This document shows, in pieces, positions 54,691 to 61,811 of a DNA stretch of 64,000 bases (within the stretch, counting starts at the first letter, position 1; every line of letters begins with the position of its first letter). The DNA lies in contig DASQUK010000054.1 in the NCBI GenBank assembly GCA_035641315.1, forward strand, positions 348-64,347. The letters are read 5' to 3'. Source of the stretch: Acidimicrobiales bacterium (GTDB lineage Bacteria; Actinomycetota; Acidimicrobiia; Acidimicrobiales; VFJN01). Position numbers and translations under genes: made by a program. A model generated the notes under the pieces. The model saw nothing but the letters and a program-made list of their open reading frames with translations, was not told the DNA's origin and did no database searches.

Positions 54691-54756
54691 CTCCTCGATC
54701 GGTCCCTCGGCGTCGGACCCTACACCGGCCCTTCCCAACCCACACCCCCTGATTCC

Positions 54757-54806
54757 GGCCCGACCCCCACCCCGCCGTCCCGTGGCGGCGTCGGCCTTCG
54801 GCCGAC
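54757..54806 (-). repeat. R3 repeat copy (palindrome plus G-run unit) in the arc 5' region
   Basis: Minus strand reads gtcggccgaaggccgacgccgccacgggacggcggggtgggggtcgggcc. One indel and a few mismatches versus the 61266-61373 units. Confidence 0.85.
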
Positions 54807-54940
54807 CCATTTCTTTGGAAATTGCCGTGTTAATCGCTGGGTTCGCTAGTCTGACCGGTGACTGAGGTACTTCCATCGCTGGGAGGCCAGCTAGGCACCT
54901 CGGCTAGTCCTCCGCATCGAGCCAGGAGCGAGTCACAGGT

Positions 54941-55177
54941 ATGAAGGTCTGGATCGACCAGGATCTCTGCACTGGCGACGGCCTCTGCGAAGAGATCGCC
55001 CCCGACGTGTTCACCCTGCTGGACGACGGCCTGGCCTACGTCAAGGAAGGCGACAAGGTCTTCTCCGACCCGGGTGGCGCCGAAGGCCTCGCCAACGTGC
55101 CCGCCGGGCAGGAAGAAGCGGTCATCGAGGCCGCCGAAGAGTGCCCCGGCGAGTGCATCTTCATCGAGGTCGAGTAG
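54941..55177 (+). CDS. small single-cluster ferredoxin
   Basis: 78 aa. CTGDGLCEEIAPDVF ... CPGECI. Confidence 0.85.
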   Translation: MKVWIDQDLCTGDGLCEEIAPDVFTLLDDGLAYVKEGDKVFSDPGGAEGLANVPAGQEEAVIEAAEECPGECIFIEVE

Positions 55178-55202
55178 CGCCCTAGACGAGGCCAGTCGCC
55201 CG

Positions 55203-56366
55203 CTAGACCAGGCAGTCACCGGTGTCCCGCTCCCGGGTGAGGTCGCCGGCCAGTACGGCGGCCACCTCGTCCACGGCGAGCGCGTAGGCCACGCTGGGGC
55301 GGTCGGGGGCGATGGCGAAGGCCACGCCCACCACTTGGCCTTGGGTGTCGACCAGAGCGCCCCCGGAGTCGCCGGGTGCCAGGTCGGCCGCCAGCACCAG
55401 CACCTCCCGCTCGCTGCGGCTCGAGTCGTAGATGTCGGTGCCGACCGCAGTGATCTGCTCGCCCACCTGGAAGGGGCTGATCTCGAGCGGACCACCGCCC
55501 GGATGCCCGAAGACGCCGCCGGTCGTGCCCACCTCGGCGTCGCGCAGTGGGAGCGCCGGACGGTCGGTCCCCGACGTGCGCAGGACCGCGAGGTCACGGG
55601 CCGCGTCGAACGCCACCACCGTGCCGTCCAACCGGCTGCCGTCGGACAGCACGACGTCTGAATCGTCCTCGCCCGCCACCACGTGGGCGTTGGTGACCAC
55701 CAGGTCGTCGGCCACGAAGAACCCGCTGCCCTCCTGGATCCGGCTGCACGCCTCGCCCTCGATCTTCACCGTGGAGGCGGCCACGGTGGTGGCCAGCGCG
55801 TCGGACAGCCCGCTCGCCCCCGGCACCACCCCCGGATCGGGCGAGGGACGGAGCGCGTCGAAGACCCGCGGGAACGGGTTGTCGCCCACCAGCCGGCGCA
55901 GTGCCTGGAGGGTGTCGGGGGCGTCGGGGAACCGGGCATTGACCTCGCGGGCGATGACCGAGCCGCGGGCCTGCTCGGCGGTCCAGCCCGGCACGTCGGC
56001 CAGAGTGGGCAGCAGCAACCACAGGCCCACGAGCAGGCCAGCGATCCCCAGAACGGCGCCCACCCCCTGGTCGACGCGCCGCACCGGCCCGGCGGGCAAC
56101 GCCACGTGCAGGCGCGTCCCGAGCACCAGTCCGAGGGCCTGGCCCAGCAGCGCGGCGCCCGCCAGCCCCGCGATCGCCACCAGGGCCTTGGTCACGTCGC
56201 TGGTCCCGGACACGTGCCGCAGCAGCGGTGGCAGCGCCAGCGCGCCGACGGTGACGCCCAGGGCCAGCCCCAGCCACGAGGTGGCGCGCGCGACGAAGCC
56301 GAGCCGGTAGCCGCCCACGGCCGCGCTGATGGCGACCAGGACCAGCACGACATCCAACACGTTCAC
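55203..56366 (-). CDS. MarP-like membrane serine protease (CvpA-like TM domain plus trypsin-like domain)
   Basis: Four N-terminal TM segments. VVTNAHVV (His), GDSGGALVD (Ser). GTG start with GGAGG SD. Confidence 0.85.
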   Translation of the reverse strand: MNVLDVVLVLVAISAAVGGYRLGFVARATSWLGLALGVTVGALALPPLLRHVSGTSDVTKALVAIAGLAGAALLGQALGLVLGTRLHVALPAGPVRRVDQGVGAVLGIAGLLVGLWLLLPTLADVPGWTAEQARGSVIAREVNARFPDAPDTLQALRRLVGDNPFPRVFDALRPSPDPGVVPGASGLSDALATTVAASTVKIEGEACSRIQEGSGFFVADDLVVTNAHVVAGEDDSDVVLSDGSRLDGTVVAFDAARDLAVLRTSGTDRPALPLRDAEVGTTGGVFGHPGGGPLEISPFQVGEQITAVGTDIYDSSRSEREVLVLAADLAPGDSGGALVDTQGQVVGVAFAIAPDRPSVAYALAVDEVAAVLAGDLTRERDTGDCLV

Positions 56367-56408
56367 ATCACCTCCCCCGGCCGCCTCGTCGAGCCTGGCT
56401 CGTTCCGT

Positions 56409-57179
56409 TTAGCTCAAAAGTCGAGCGCTCGTGAGGAAACCAGTGTGGGCCACCATGCGGTGGTCGGGCCGCACCGACTGGCCCTCGATGTGCCAGGCCC
56501 GGTTGAGCACCTCGATGGTGTCGACCATGCCGAACCCGCTGCCCAGGAGCTCGTTGCGCAGCTGCGTCACCTGCGTGATCTGGGGGGTGTAGGCGACCAG
56601 CACGCCGCCCCGGTGCATGGCGCGGGCGGCGTGCTTGGCGACCCGCCACGGTTCGGGCAGGTCCAGCACGACCCGGTCGAGGTCGGTCTCGTCGATGCCG
56701 TCGTAGGCGTCCCGGATCTCCACCTGGTAGCTCGCCAGCGCGTCTTCCCCCAGGAAGGTGGCGACGTTGCGTTGCGCGCGGCGGGCGAAGTCCTCCCGCA
56801 GCTCGTAGCCGGTGACCACGGCGCCGGCGCGCACCAGCGTCATCGACAGCGCACCCGATCCCACCCCCGACTCGAGCACGCGGGCGCCGGGGAAGATGTC
56901 AGCCAGCATCAGGATCGGGCCCAGGTCCTTGGGGTAGATCACCTGGGCGCCGCGGGGCATCTTCAGCACGAACTCCGCCAGCGTCGGACGGATGGCGAGG
57001 AACGTCGAGCCGTGCGTCGAGCGGAACGACGACCCCTCGGCCGCCCCGATGATGTCGTCGTGGGCGATCACGCCGGCGTGGGTGTGGAACTCGCCCCCTG
57101 CAGCCAAGGTCACGAGGTAGCGGCGCTTCTTGCTGTCGATCAGCAGGACCTGGTCGCCGTCGGCGAACGCCCGGGTCAC
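56409..57179 (-). CDS. trmI: tRNA (adenine-N1)-methyltransferase TrmI
   Basis: 256 aa. VIYPKD, SAM motif VLESGVGSGALS. Confidence 0.9.
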   Translation of the reverse strand: MTRAFADGDQVLLIDSKKRRYLVTLAAGGEFHTHAGVIAHDDIIGAAEGSSFRSTHGSTFLAIRPTLAEFVLKMPRGAQVIYPKDLGPILMLADIFPGARVLESGVGSGALSMTLVRAGAVVTGYELREDFARRAQRNVATFLGEDALASYQVEIRDAYDGIDETDLDRVVLDLPEPWRVAKHAARAMHRGGVLVAYTPQITQVTQLRNELLGSGFGMVDTIEVLNRAWHIEGQSVRPDHRMVAHTGFLTSARLLS

Positions 57180-57180
57180 G

Positions 57181-58215
57181 TCATCGCCTGCGCTTCCCGC
57201 TCTTGCTGCTGCGCAGCGGGCCGCTCGAGCCTCGCTCGCTCTCTCGCCCTCCGGGACGCTCGCTCAGGACGCCGGCCCGGCCCGGGCGGACCAGCTCGAC
57301 CGGCACCGGGTCCTCGCCGGCCACCTGGTCCACCAGCCGGCAGAAGGCGCACACCTCGCCGGTCGTCGGAGACCCGCAGCGGGCGCAGGGCCGCAGCGCC
57401 TGCTGGGCGGCGTCGACCTCGGGCGAGAAGCGGTCGGCCGCCCGGGCCAGGAAGCCGAAGTAGAAGGCCTGCTTGGCGCCGGGCGAGTCGGCCTCGATGG
57501 CGTTGAGCGCCTCCTTGTAGCGCAGGTGCCGGTTGCCCTCCGCCATTGGGCACTCATCGACGATGTAGTCGATGCCCCGCAGGACGCAATAGGCGGCGGT
57601 CTCGCGCTCGGCCAGCCTGACCAGCGGCTTGACCTTCCGGGGGAACCCGGTTCGCTCGCCGAGCACCGGTTGCTGGCGACCCAGGTACTCGGTGTGCCAG
57701 TGGAGCACGTTGCCGAGCAGCACCGCCGTTTCGTCGTCGAGGTTGTGGCCGGTGGCCACCACGTCATAGCCACCGTCGAGCGCCGCCGTGTCGATGAGGT
57801 GGCGCTTGGACAGCCCGCACGACGAGCACGGCACCCGCCGGGTGACCGCCGACGCCGTGGGGACGTCGTAGTCGAAGTCGTCCCGCAGGTCGATGAGGCG
57901 CAGCTCGAGGCCCCGCCGCTCGGCGAACCCCACCGCCGCCTCGGTGCTGGCGGCGCTGTAGTCGCCGATGCCGAGCCCGATCGTCATGCCCTCGGCGTCG
58001 TAGCCGAGCTCGAGCAGCAGGTCCCACAGGGCAAGGCTGTCCTTGCCACCCGAGACGGCCACCAGGACCCGCTCCCCCGGCTCGATCATGTGGTGCTCGT
58101 CGATGGCCCGGGCCACCTGGTCGCGGCAGAACTTGAGGAAGTGGTCGGGGCAGAAGTTGGCGTTGTGGCGGCGCAGGTCGATGACGGCCGGGCCACGGCA
58201 GACGGTGCACTTCAT
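57181..58215 (-). CDS. TtuA/TtcA-like PP-loop ATPase (tRNA thiolation family), ORF tail runs through an R1 repeat
   Basis: N-terminal CTVCRG...FCPDH, PP-loop VAVSGGKDS, GHNLDDE, C-terminal CARCG...CAFC, then ...[29 protein letters not shown] encoded by 57196-57266. Confidence 0.85.
   Translation of the reverse strand: MKCTVCRGPAVIDLRRHNANFCPDHFLKFCRDQVARAIDEHHMIEPGERVLVAVSGGKDSLALWDLLLELGYDAEGMTIGLGIGDYSAASTEAAVGFAERRGLELRLIDLRDDFDYDVPTASAVTRRVPCSSCGLSKRHLIDTAALDGGYDVVATGHNLDDETAVLLGNVLHWHTEYLGRQQPVLGERTGFPRKVKPLVRLAERETAAYCVLRGIDYIVDECPMAEGNRHLRYKEALNAIEADSPGAKQAFYFGFLARAADRFSPEVDAAQQALRPCARCGSPTTGEVCAFCRLVDQVAGEDPVPVELVRPGRAGVLSERPGGRESERGSSGPLRSSKSGKRRR
57196..57266 (+). repeat. R1 repeat unit plus tail module
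   Basis: cccgctctt-GCTGC-tgc-GCAGC-gggccgctcgag, then cctcgctcgctctctcgccctccgggacgctcgctcagg. Confidence 0.9.
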
Positions 58216-58225
58216 CGGGGCGTCC

Positions 58226-58426
58226 TCAAAGTGCGCCTCCCGAGATCACGGGGCGGATCTCGATGACGTCGTCGTCCGCCAGCACCGCGTCGCCGGGGAC
58301 CAGCGTGTCGCCCCGCACCACCAGCACCGACTCGCGGTTGAGGTCGAGCCGGCGTAGCAGCTTGGTGACGCTGAGCGGCCCGTCGATCTCGAGCTCGCGG
58401 CGAGGGTTGCGGAGAAGGACGCGCAT
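58226..58426 (-). CDS. ThiS/MoaD-family ubiquitin-fold sulfur-carrier-like protein ending GGAL
   Basis: 66 aa. ...GDAVLADDDVIEIRPVISGGAL. Stop lies 10 nt upstream of the TtuA-like start. Confidence 0.7.
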   Translation of the reverse strand: MRVLLRNPRRELEIDGPLSVTKLLRRLDLNRESVLVVRGDTLVPGDAVLADDDVIEIRPVISGGAL

Positions 58427-58451
58427 GACGCGTCCATTGTGGCGCCGGCGC

Positions 58452-58706
58452 CTAACGACGACGAACGCGCTTGCCGTCGTAGGTCTCGAGCAGGTGCCTG
58501 ATCTCCATCGTGTGCCCCGGCTTGACCTCGCCCCGATAGACCACGACCGGCTCGCTGCCGATGGCCCGTCGCAGGCGGCGGGCGCCCCAGGCCGCCAGGA
58601 ACACCCAGAACCAGGGTCCCGAGCCGCCCATCACGCCGCGGCTCATGCCACGCGTCTGGACCAGCCGCAGGCCGCGATCGACGAAGCTCGTCCGGGTGCG
58701 TGCCAC
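58452..58706 (-). CDS. hypothetical small protein
   Basis: 84 aa. One hydrophobic segment GPWFWVFLAAWGA. No family recognised. Confidence 0.4.
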   Translation of the reverse strand: MARTRTSFVDRGLRLVQTRGMSRGVMGGSGPWFWVFLAAWGARRLRRAIGSEPVVVYRGEVKPGHTMEIRHLLETYDGKRVRRR

Positions 58707-58709
58707 GCA

Positions 58710-58931
58710 CTACACCCGGCGGATCTCGACGATGGTGCTGCGCTGCTTGCCGGCCCGCCGGCCCAGCAGGAAGACCAGCAGCAGCACGATGAAGGCGGCG
58801 ATGCCCCCGGCCATGATCAGCGTGGTCCTCGCCGACGCGACCTGGTCGCGCGCCTCGCCCTCGAGCTCGCGGAACTTGGCCTCGAGGTCGTCCCGGGTGA
58901 TGGGGGTGGTGAGTGCGGTTCGCACTGCCAT
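58710..58931 (-). CDS. hypothetical small membrane protein
   Basis: 73 aa. C-terminal TM LIMAGGIAAFIVLLLVFLLG. Confidence 0.5.
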   Translation of the reverse strand: MAVRTALTTPITRDDLEAKFRELEGEARDQVASARTTLIMAGGIAAFIVLLLVFLLGRRAGKQRSTIVEIRRV

Positions 58932-58935
58932 CGGC

Positions 58936-59250
58936 CTACCTCTTCGTCTTGGTGATCCGGGTGGCGGCGAGCGCGGCCAGTCCGGCCGCCACCACGAGCA
59001 CGATGAGATACGGCAGCCACGACAGGTTGCCGTCGAGGGCGGTGCCGGTCTGCGTCTGCAGCGCCCGCAGTGCCGCCAGCATCAGCAGCACCACCCCGAA
59101 GCCGATCAGCACTGCGCCGGCGCCGCCGAACGCCAGGTAACGGCCGACGCCCTTGAGCGGATCGACGGTCTCCTGGCGGGCGTAGTCCTTGGTGAGCGCC
59201 CACAGCTCGGTTGCGACCTCGGGGATGGACTTCGACTGCGGCTCCGGCAC
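58936..59250 (-). CDS. small two-TM membrane protein (holin-X / phage_holin_3_6-like pattern)
   Basis: GTG 59250 (uncertain). YLAFGGAGAVLIGFGVVLLMLAAL and WLPYLIVLVVAAGLAALAA. Confidence 0.45.
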   Translation of the reverse strand: MPEPQSKSIPEVATELWALTKDYARQETVDPLKGVGRYLAFGGAGAVLIGFGVVLLMLAALRALQTQTGTALDGNLSWLPYLIVLVVAAGLAALAATRITKTKR

Positions 59251-59357
59251 CTCGGCCCTGCTCCTCGTCGCTGGGGATGCGTCGCTAGGGATGTCTGGTT
59301 GTACCACGCCGGTACGGACGTGCCCGGAGATACCGACCGGTGGTGGCCGTCTAGTGA

Positions 59358-60008
59358 TTACCCGCCGGCGAGGCGGGCCTGCAGCAGGTCGATCTGGTCG
59401 GCCAGCAGCTCGCGCAGCAGGGCCCAGCGGGCCGGCACGGTCGGCGCCGCCAGCAACGCCTGGCGGTCGACCGGCCCCAGCGGCGCCACCACCGTCGCCT
59501 GGTAGCTGGCGACCACCGGGTCGTCGGCCAGCTCGAGGTCGAGCGGCGGTGCCGGCTCCCCCAGCTCCCGGCGGAGCGCGGCCGCCCGCCGCAACAGGGT
59601 GGTGACCTCGGCCCGATCGTCGCCCGCGTCCCCGGCTGCCTCGTCCGACTCGGTCAGCTGGTCGGCCCACTCCTCGATGTCCGCCCGGGGATAGGGGTCG
59701 TCGGGGAGCCACCGCTCGACGCGGATGCGGTGGACGCCGAGCGCGCCCAGGATCCAGCGCCCGTCGGGCAGCTGCTCGGCGCGGGCGATGCGAGCCAACG
59801 TTCCCACGTCGGTGCGGACGTCGCCGCCGCCGACCTCGGACCCCCGCTCGATGAGCACGACGCCAAACGTGCCGTCCCCCACCCGGCAGTCGTCGACCAT
59901 GCGCCGGTAGCGTGGCTCGAACACGTGGAGTGGTAGGACCATCCCCGGCACGAGCACGGTGCCCAACGGGAACATCGGGACCACCGGCACGTCTTCTAGC
60001 GTAGCCAT
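59358..60008 (-). CDS. LON substrate-binding (LON N-terminal) domain protein
   Basis: MFPLGTVLVPGMVLPLHVFEPRYRRMV. No AAA or protease domain. ATG 60008 (the ORF opens at 60041). Confidence 0.8.
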   Translation of the reverse strand: MATLEDVPVVPMFPLGTVLVPGMVLPLHVFEPRYRRMVDDCRVGDGTFGVVLIERGSEVGGGDVRTDVGTLARIARAEQLPDGRWILGALGVHRIRVERWLPDDPYPRADIEEWADQLTESDEAAGDAGDDRAEVTTLLRRAAALRRELGEPAPPLDLELADDPVVASYQATVVAPLGPVDRQALLAAPTVPARWALLRELLADQIDLLQARLAGG

Positions 60009-60023
60009 CGAACTGTTGTTCGT
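60008..60023. promoter_or_regulatory. LexA (SOS) box
   Basis: TCGAACTGTTGTTCGT versus the actinobacterial consensus TCGAAC-N4-GTTCGA (11 of 12). 18 nt upstream of the imuB-like ATG and overlapping the LON-N gene start. Confidence 0.75.
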
Positions 60024-60040
60024 ATATGGTGGGGCGTCCA

Positions 60041-61261
60041 ATGGACGATCATCCCGTCGGTTGCCTGGTGGTGCCCCGCTTCCCGCTGGCCTGCGAGCTC
60101 GTCGATCGACCCGAGCTGTGGGGCAGTCCGGTCGTGGCGGCCCATCCCGATGCCCCGGTGGTGTGGTCGGCGTCCCCGGCGGCGTCGGCCGAGGGGGTGG
60201 AGGAGGGTCAGCGCCTGTCCGAGGCCATGGGGCGCTGCTCCTCGTTGGTGGTGCTCGACGCCCGGCTGGCCCGGTACGAGGCCCGGGATGCCGCCATCCT
60301 CGACGCGCTTGAAGCGATGGTGCCCGGCGTGGAGCCCGCCGGCCTGGGCATGGCCTACGTCGACCTCGCCGGCCTGGTCCGCTGCTACCGCTCCCCCAAC
60401 GCCCTGCACGCGGCGCTGCTCGGTTGCGCGCCCCGCGAGCTCCGGCCCCGGCTGGGGGTGGGGCCCACCAAGTTCGTGGCCCGGCTGGCGGCGCTGCGGG
60501 CCCCCCGGGATGTCGGGGCCCCGGGTGACGTCAGGGTGGTCGACGAGGTCGACGTGACGGCGTTCGTCGCGCCGGTCCCGGTGACGGCGTTGCCGGTCGA
60601 CGCCGAGGTGATCCGGCGCCTGCGACTCGTCGGCATCGCCACGGTGGGTGAGCTGGCGGCGCTGCCCCGGCATGCGCTGGTGGCCCAGTTCGGCGCCGAG
60701 GGCACCCGGCTGGCGGCGCTGCTCGACGGGGCGGCCGAGCCGGTGCGCCCCCGTCCCCGCGAGGAGCGGTTGGGCGAGCGGTTGGCGTTTCCCGAGCCGC
60801 TCACCAGCCGTGAGGCGCTGCTGGCGGCCGCCGCCCAGGTGCTCCGCCGGGTGCTGCGCCACCCACGCCGCCGAGGCCGGGTGGCCCGCCAGCTGGTGGT
60901 GCGGGCCGAGACCGAGCAGGGCAAGCGCTGGGAGTCCACGGTGACGCTGCGCCATGCCCGCGACGACCGCGAGGGCGTGTGGCTGGCGCTGGCCCCCACC
61001 CTCGAACGGGCGGCGCTGCCGGGCCCGGTGAGCGAGCTGTCGGTCGAGCTGCGGGGCCTGCGGGCGTCCCGGGGGTGGCAGGGCGAGCTGCTGCCGAAGG
61101 AGTCGGCCCAGGGGGCGTCGGCCGAGCGGCGGGAGCGTGTCGAGGAAGGCCTGCGCCAGGTGCGCGCCCGCTACGGGCGGAGCCTGGTCGGGCGGATGGT
61201 CCCGATCGAGCCGTGGAGCCGGATCCCCGAGCGCCGCTGGGCGTTGGTGGAGCTCGAGTGA
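60041..61261 (+). CDS. imuB: ImuB-like Y-family polymerase homologue (catalytic acidic residues apparently absent)
   Basis: 406 aa. VVPRFPLACE in place of the DinB D.D motif. LGVGPTKFVARLAA, HhH-like ALPVDAEVIRRLRLVGIATVGELAALP. Upstream of dnaE2. Confidence 0.8.
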   Translation: MDDHPVGCLVVPRFPLACELVDRPELWGSPVVAAHPDAPVVWSASPAASAEGVEEGQRLSEAMGRCSSLVVLDARLARYEARDAAILDALEAMVPGVEPAGLGMAYVDLAGLVRCYRSPNALHAALLGCAPRELRPRLGVGPTKFVARLAALRAPRDVGAPGDVRVVDEVDVTAFVAPVPVTALPVDAEVIRRLRLVGIATVGELAALPRHALVAQFGAEGTRLAALLDGAAEPVRPRPREERLGERLAFPEPLTSREALLAAAAQVLRRVLRHPRRRGRVARQLVVRAETEQGKRWESTVTLRHARDDREGVWLALAPTLERAALPGPVSELSVELRGLRASRGWQGELLPKESAQGASAERRERVEEGLRQVRARYGRSLVGRMVPIEPWSRIPERRWALVELE

Positions 61262-61265
61262 ATAA

Positions 61266-61379
61266 GGAGTGTCGGCCGGAGGCCGACGCCGCCACGGGGC
61301 GGCGGGTGGGGGTCGGGCCGGAGTGTCGGCCGGAGGCCGACGCCGCCACGGGGCGGCGGGTGGGGGTCGGGACGGAGTG
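61266..61379 (+). repeat. R3 tandem repeat (2 full 54-nt units plus 6-nt start of a third)
   Basis: ggagtgtcggccggaggccgacgccgccacggggcggcgggtgggggtcggg(c/a)c at 61266 and 61320. ggagtg occurs again at 61374, directly before ATG 61380. Confidence 0.9.
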
Positions 61380-61658
61380 ATGGAGGCCCAGCACGCCGCA
61401 CGACCCCGGCCGCTGAACGCACCGGTGCGCATACCCGTCCGGGTCGGCCCCGGCGGCGCACCCCGGGCGGTCGGGCTGCGGGGTCACCGGCGCCCGGTGC
61501 CGGTGGCGCAGGTGGCCGAGTGCTGGCGCATCGACGAGGGTTGGTGGGGGCCCAACCCGGTGTCCCGGCTCTACTACCGACTGGTGTTGGACGACGGCCG
61601 TCTCGTCACCGTCTACCGCGACCTGCGGGACGGGACGTGGTGGGCGCAGCGGTCATGA
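61380..61658 (+). CDS. small conserved ORF between imuB and dnaE2 (possibly DUF6504-like)
   Basis: 92 aa. CWRIDEGWWGPNPVSRLYYRLVLDDGRLVTVYRDLRDGTWWAQR. GGAG SD supplied by the repeat. Confidence 0.55.
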   Translation: MEAQHAARPRPLNAPVRIPVRVGPGGAPRAVGLRGHRRPVPVAQVAECWRIDEGWWGPNPVSRLYYRLVLDDGRLVTVYRDLRDGTWWAQRS

Positions 61659-61749
61659 GCGGAGCTCCTGACCGGCCGACCGCGCGATCGACCCAACTAG
61701 AGCCTGCTCGCCTTGTCGCCGCGAGACGGGCGAATAGTTGGGTCGACAA

Positions 61750-61806
61750 GCCAGGGAGCCGGGCGGCGATGGGGTCCGGGGGCGCAGCCCCCGTGGAGAC
61801 ACGGTC
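61750..61806. repeat. R4 57-nt repeat copy immediately upstream of dnaE2
   Basis: gccagggagccgggcggcgatggggtccgggggcgcagcccccgtggagacacggtc. Confidence 0.8.
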
Positions 61807-61811
61807 CTGAA

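Noticed and set aside
54691-54876. Longer N-terminus for arc/mpa (ATG 54810 or ORF start 54876)
   Set aside because: Not firmly excluded, but the extra residues would be the translation of repeat R3, which is non-coding at 61.3 kb, and of an AT-rich promoter-like stretch. I annotated the start at GTG 54690 and flagged the alternative.
4926-57266. R1 repeats as MITEs or IS remnants (mobile_element call)
   Set aside because: No terminal inverted repeats, target-site duplications or transposase fragments are visible. The units are only about 35 nt long. I therefore classed them as repeats of unknown mechanism.
61266-61290. PafBC / RecA-NDp-type promoter motif (tTGTCRgtg-N8-TAnnnT) within R3, because the unit begins gaGTGTCGGcc
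   Set aside because: Only the TGTCGG half matches. There is no TAnnnT at the required spacing, and the arc copy reads GGTCGG. This is insufficient to call; it is kept as something to test only indirectly.
61266-61379. Possible CRISPR array
   Set aside because: There are only two directly abutting 54-nt units, with no unique spacers between them and no cas genes in the window. It is a simple tandem repeat.
61269-61379. Longer form (129 aa) of the small ORF after imuB
   Set aside because: The extra N-terminus (SAGGRRRHGAAGGGR, twice) is just the translated tandem repeat. ATG 61380 has a correctly spaced GGAG.
61690-61745. Sigma-70-like promoter (TTGTCG, 16 nt, TAGTTG) and 11-bp inverted repeat cgacccaacta/tagttgggtcg upstream of dnaE2
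   Set aside because: The -10 hexamer does not fit TAnnnT, and the inverted repeat could equally be a terminator after the 92-aa ORF. I cannot distinguish these from sequence alone.
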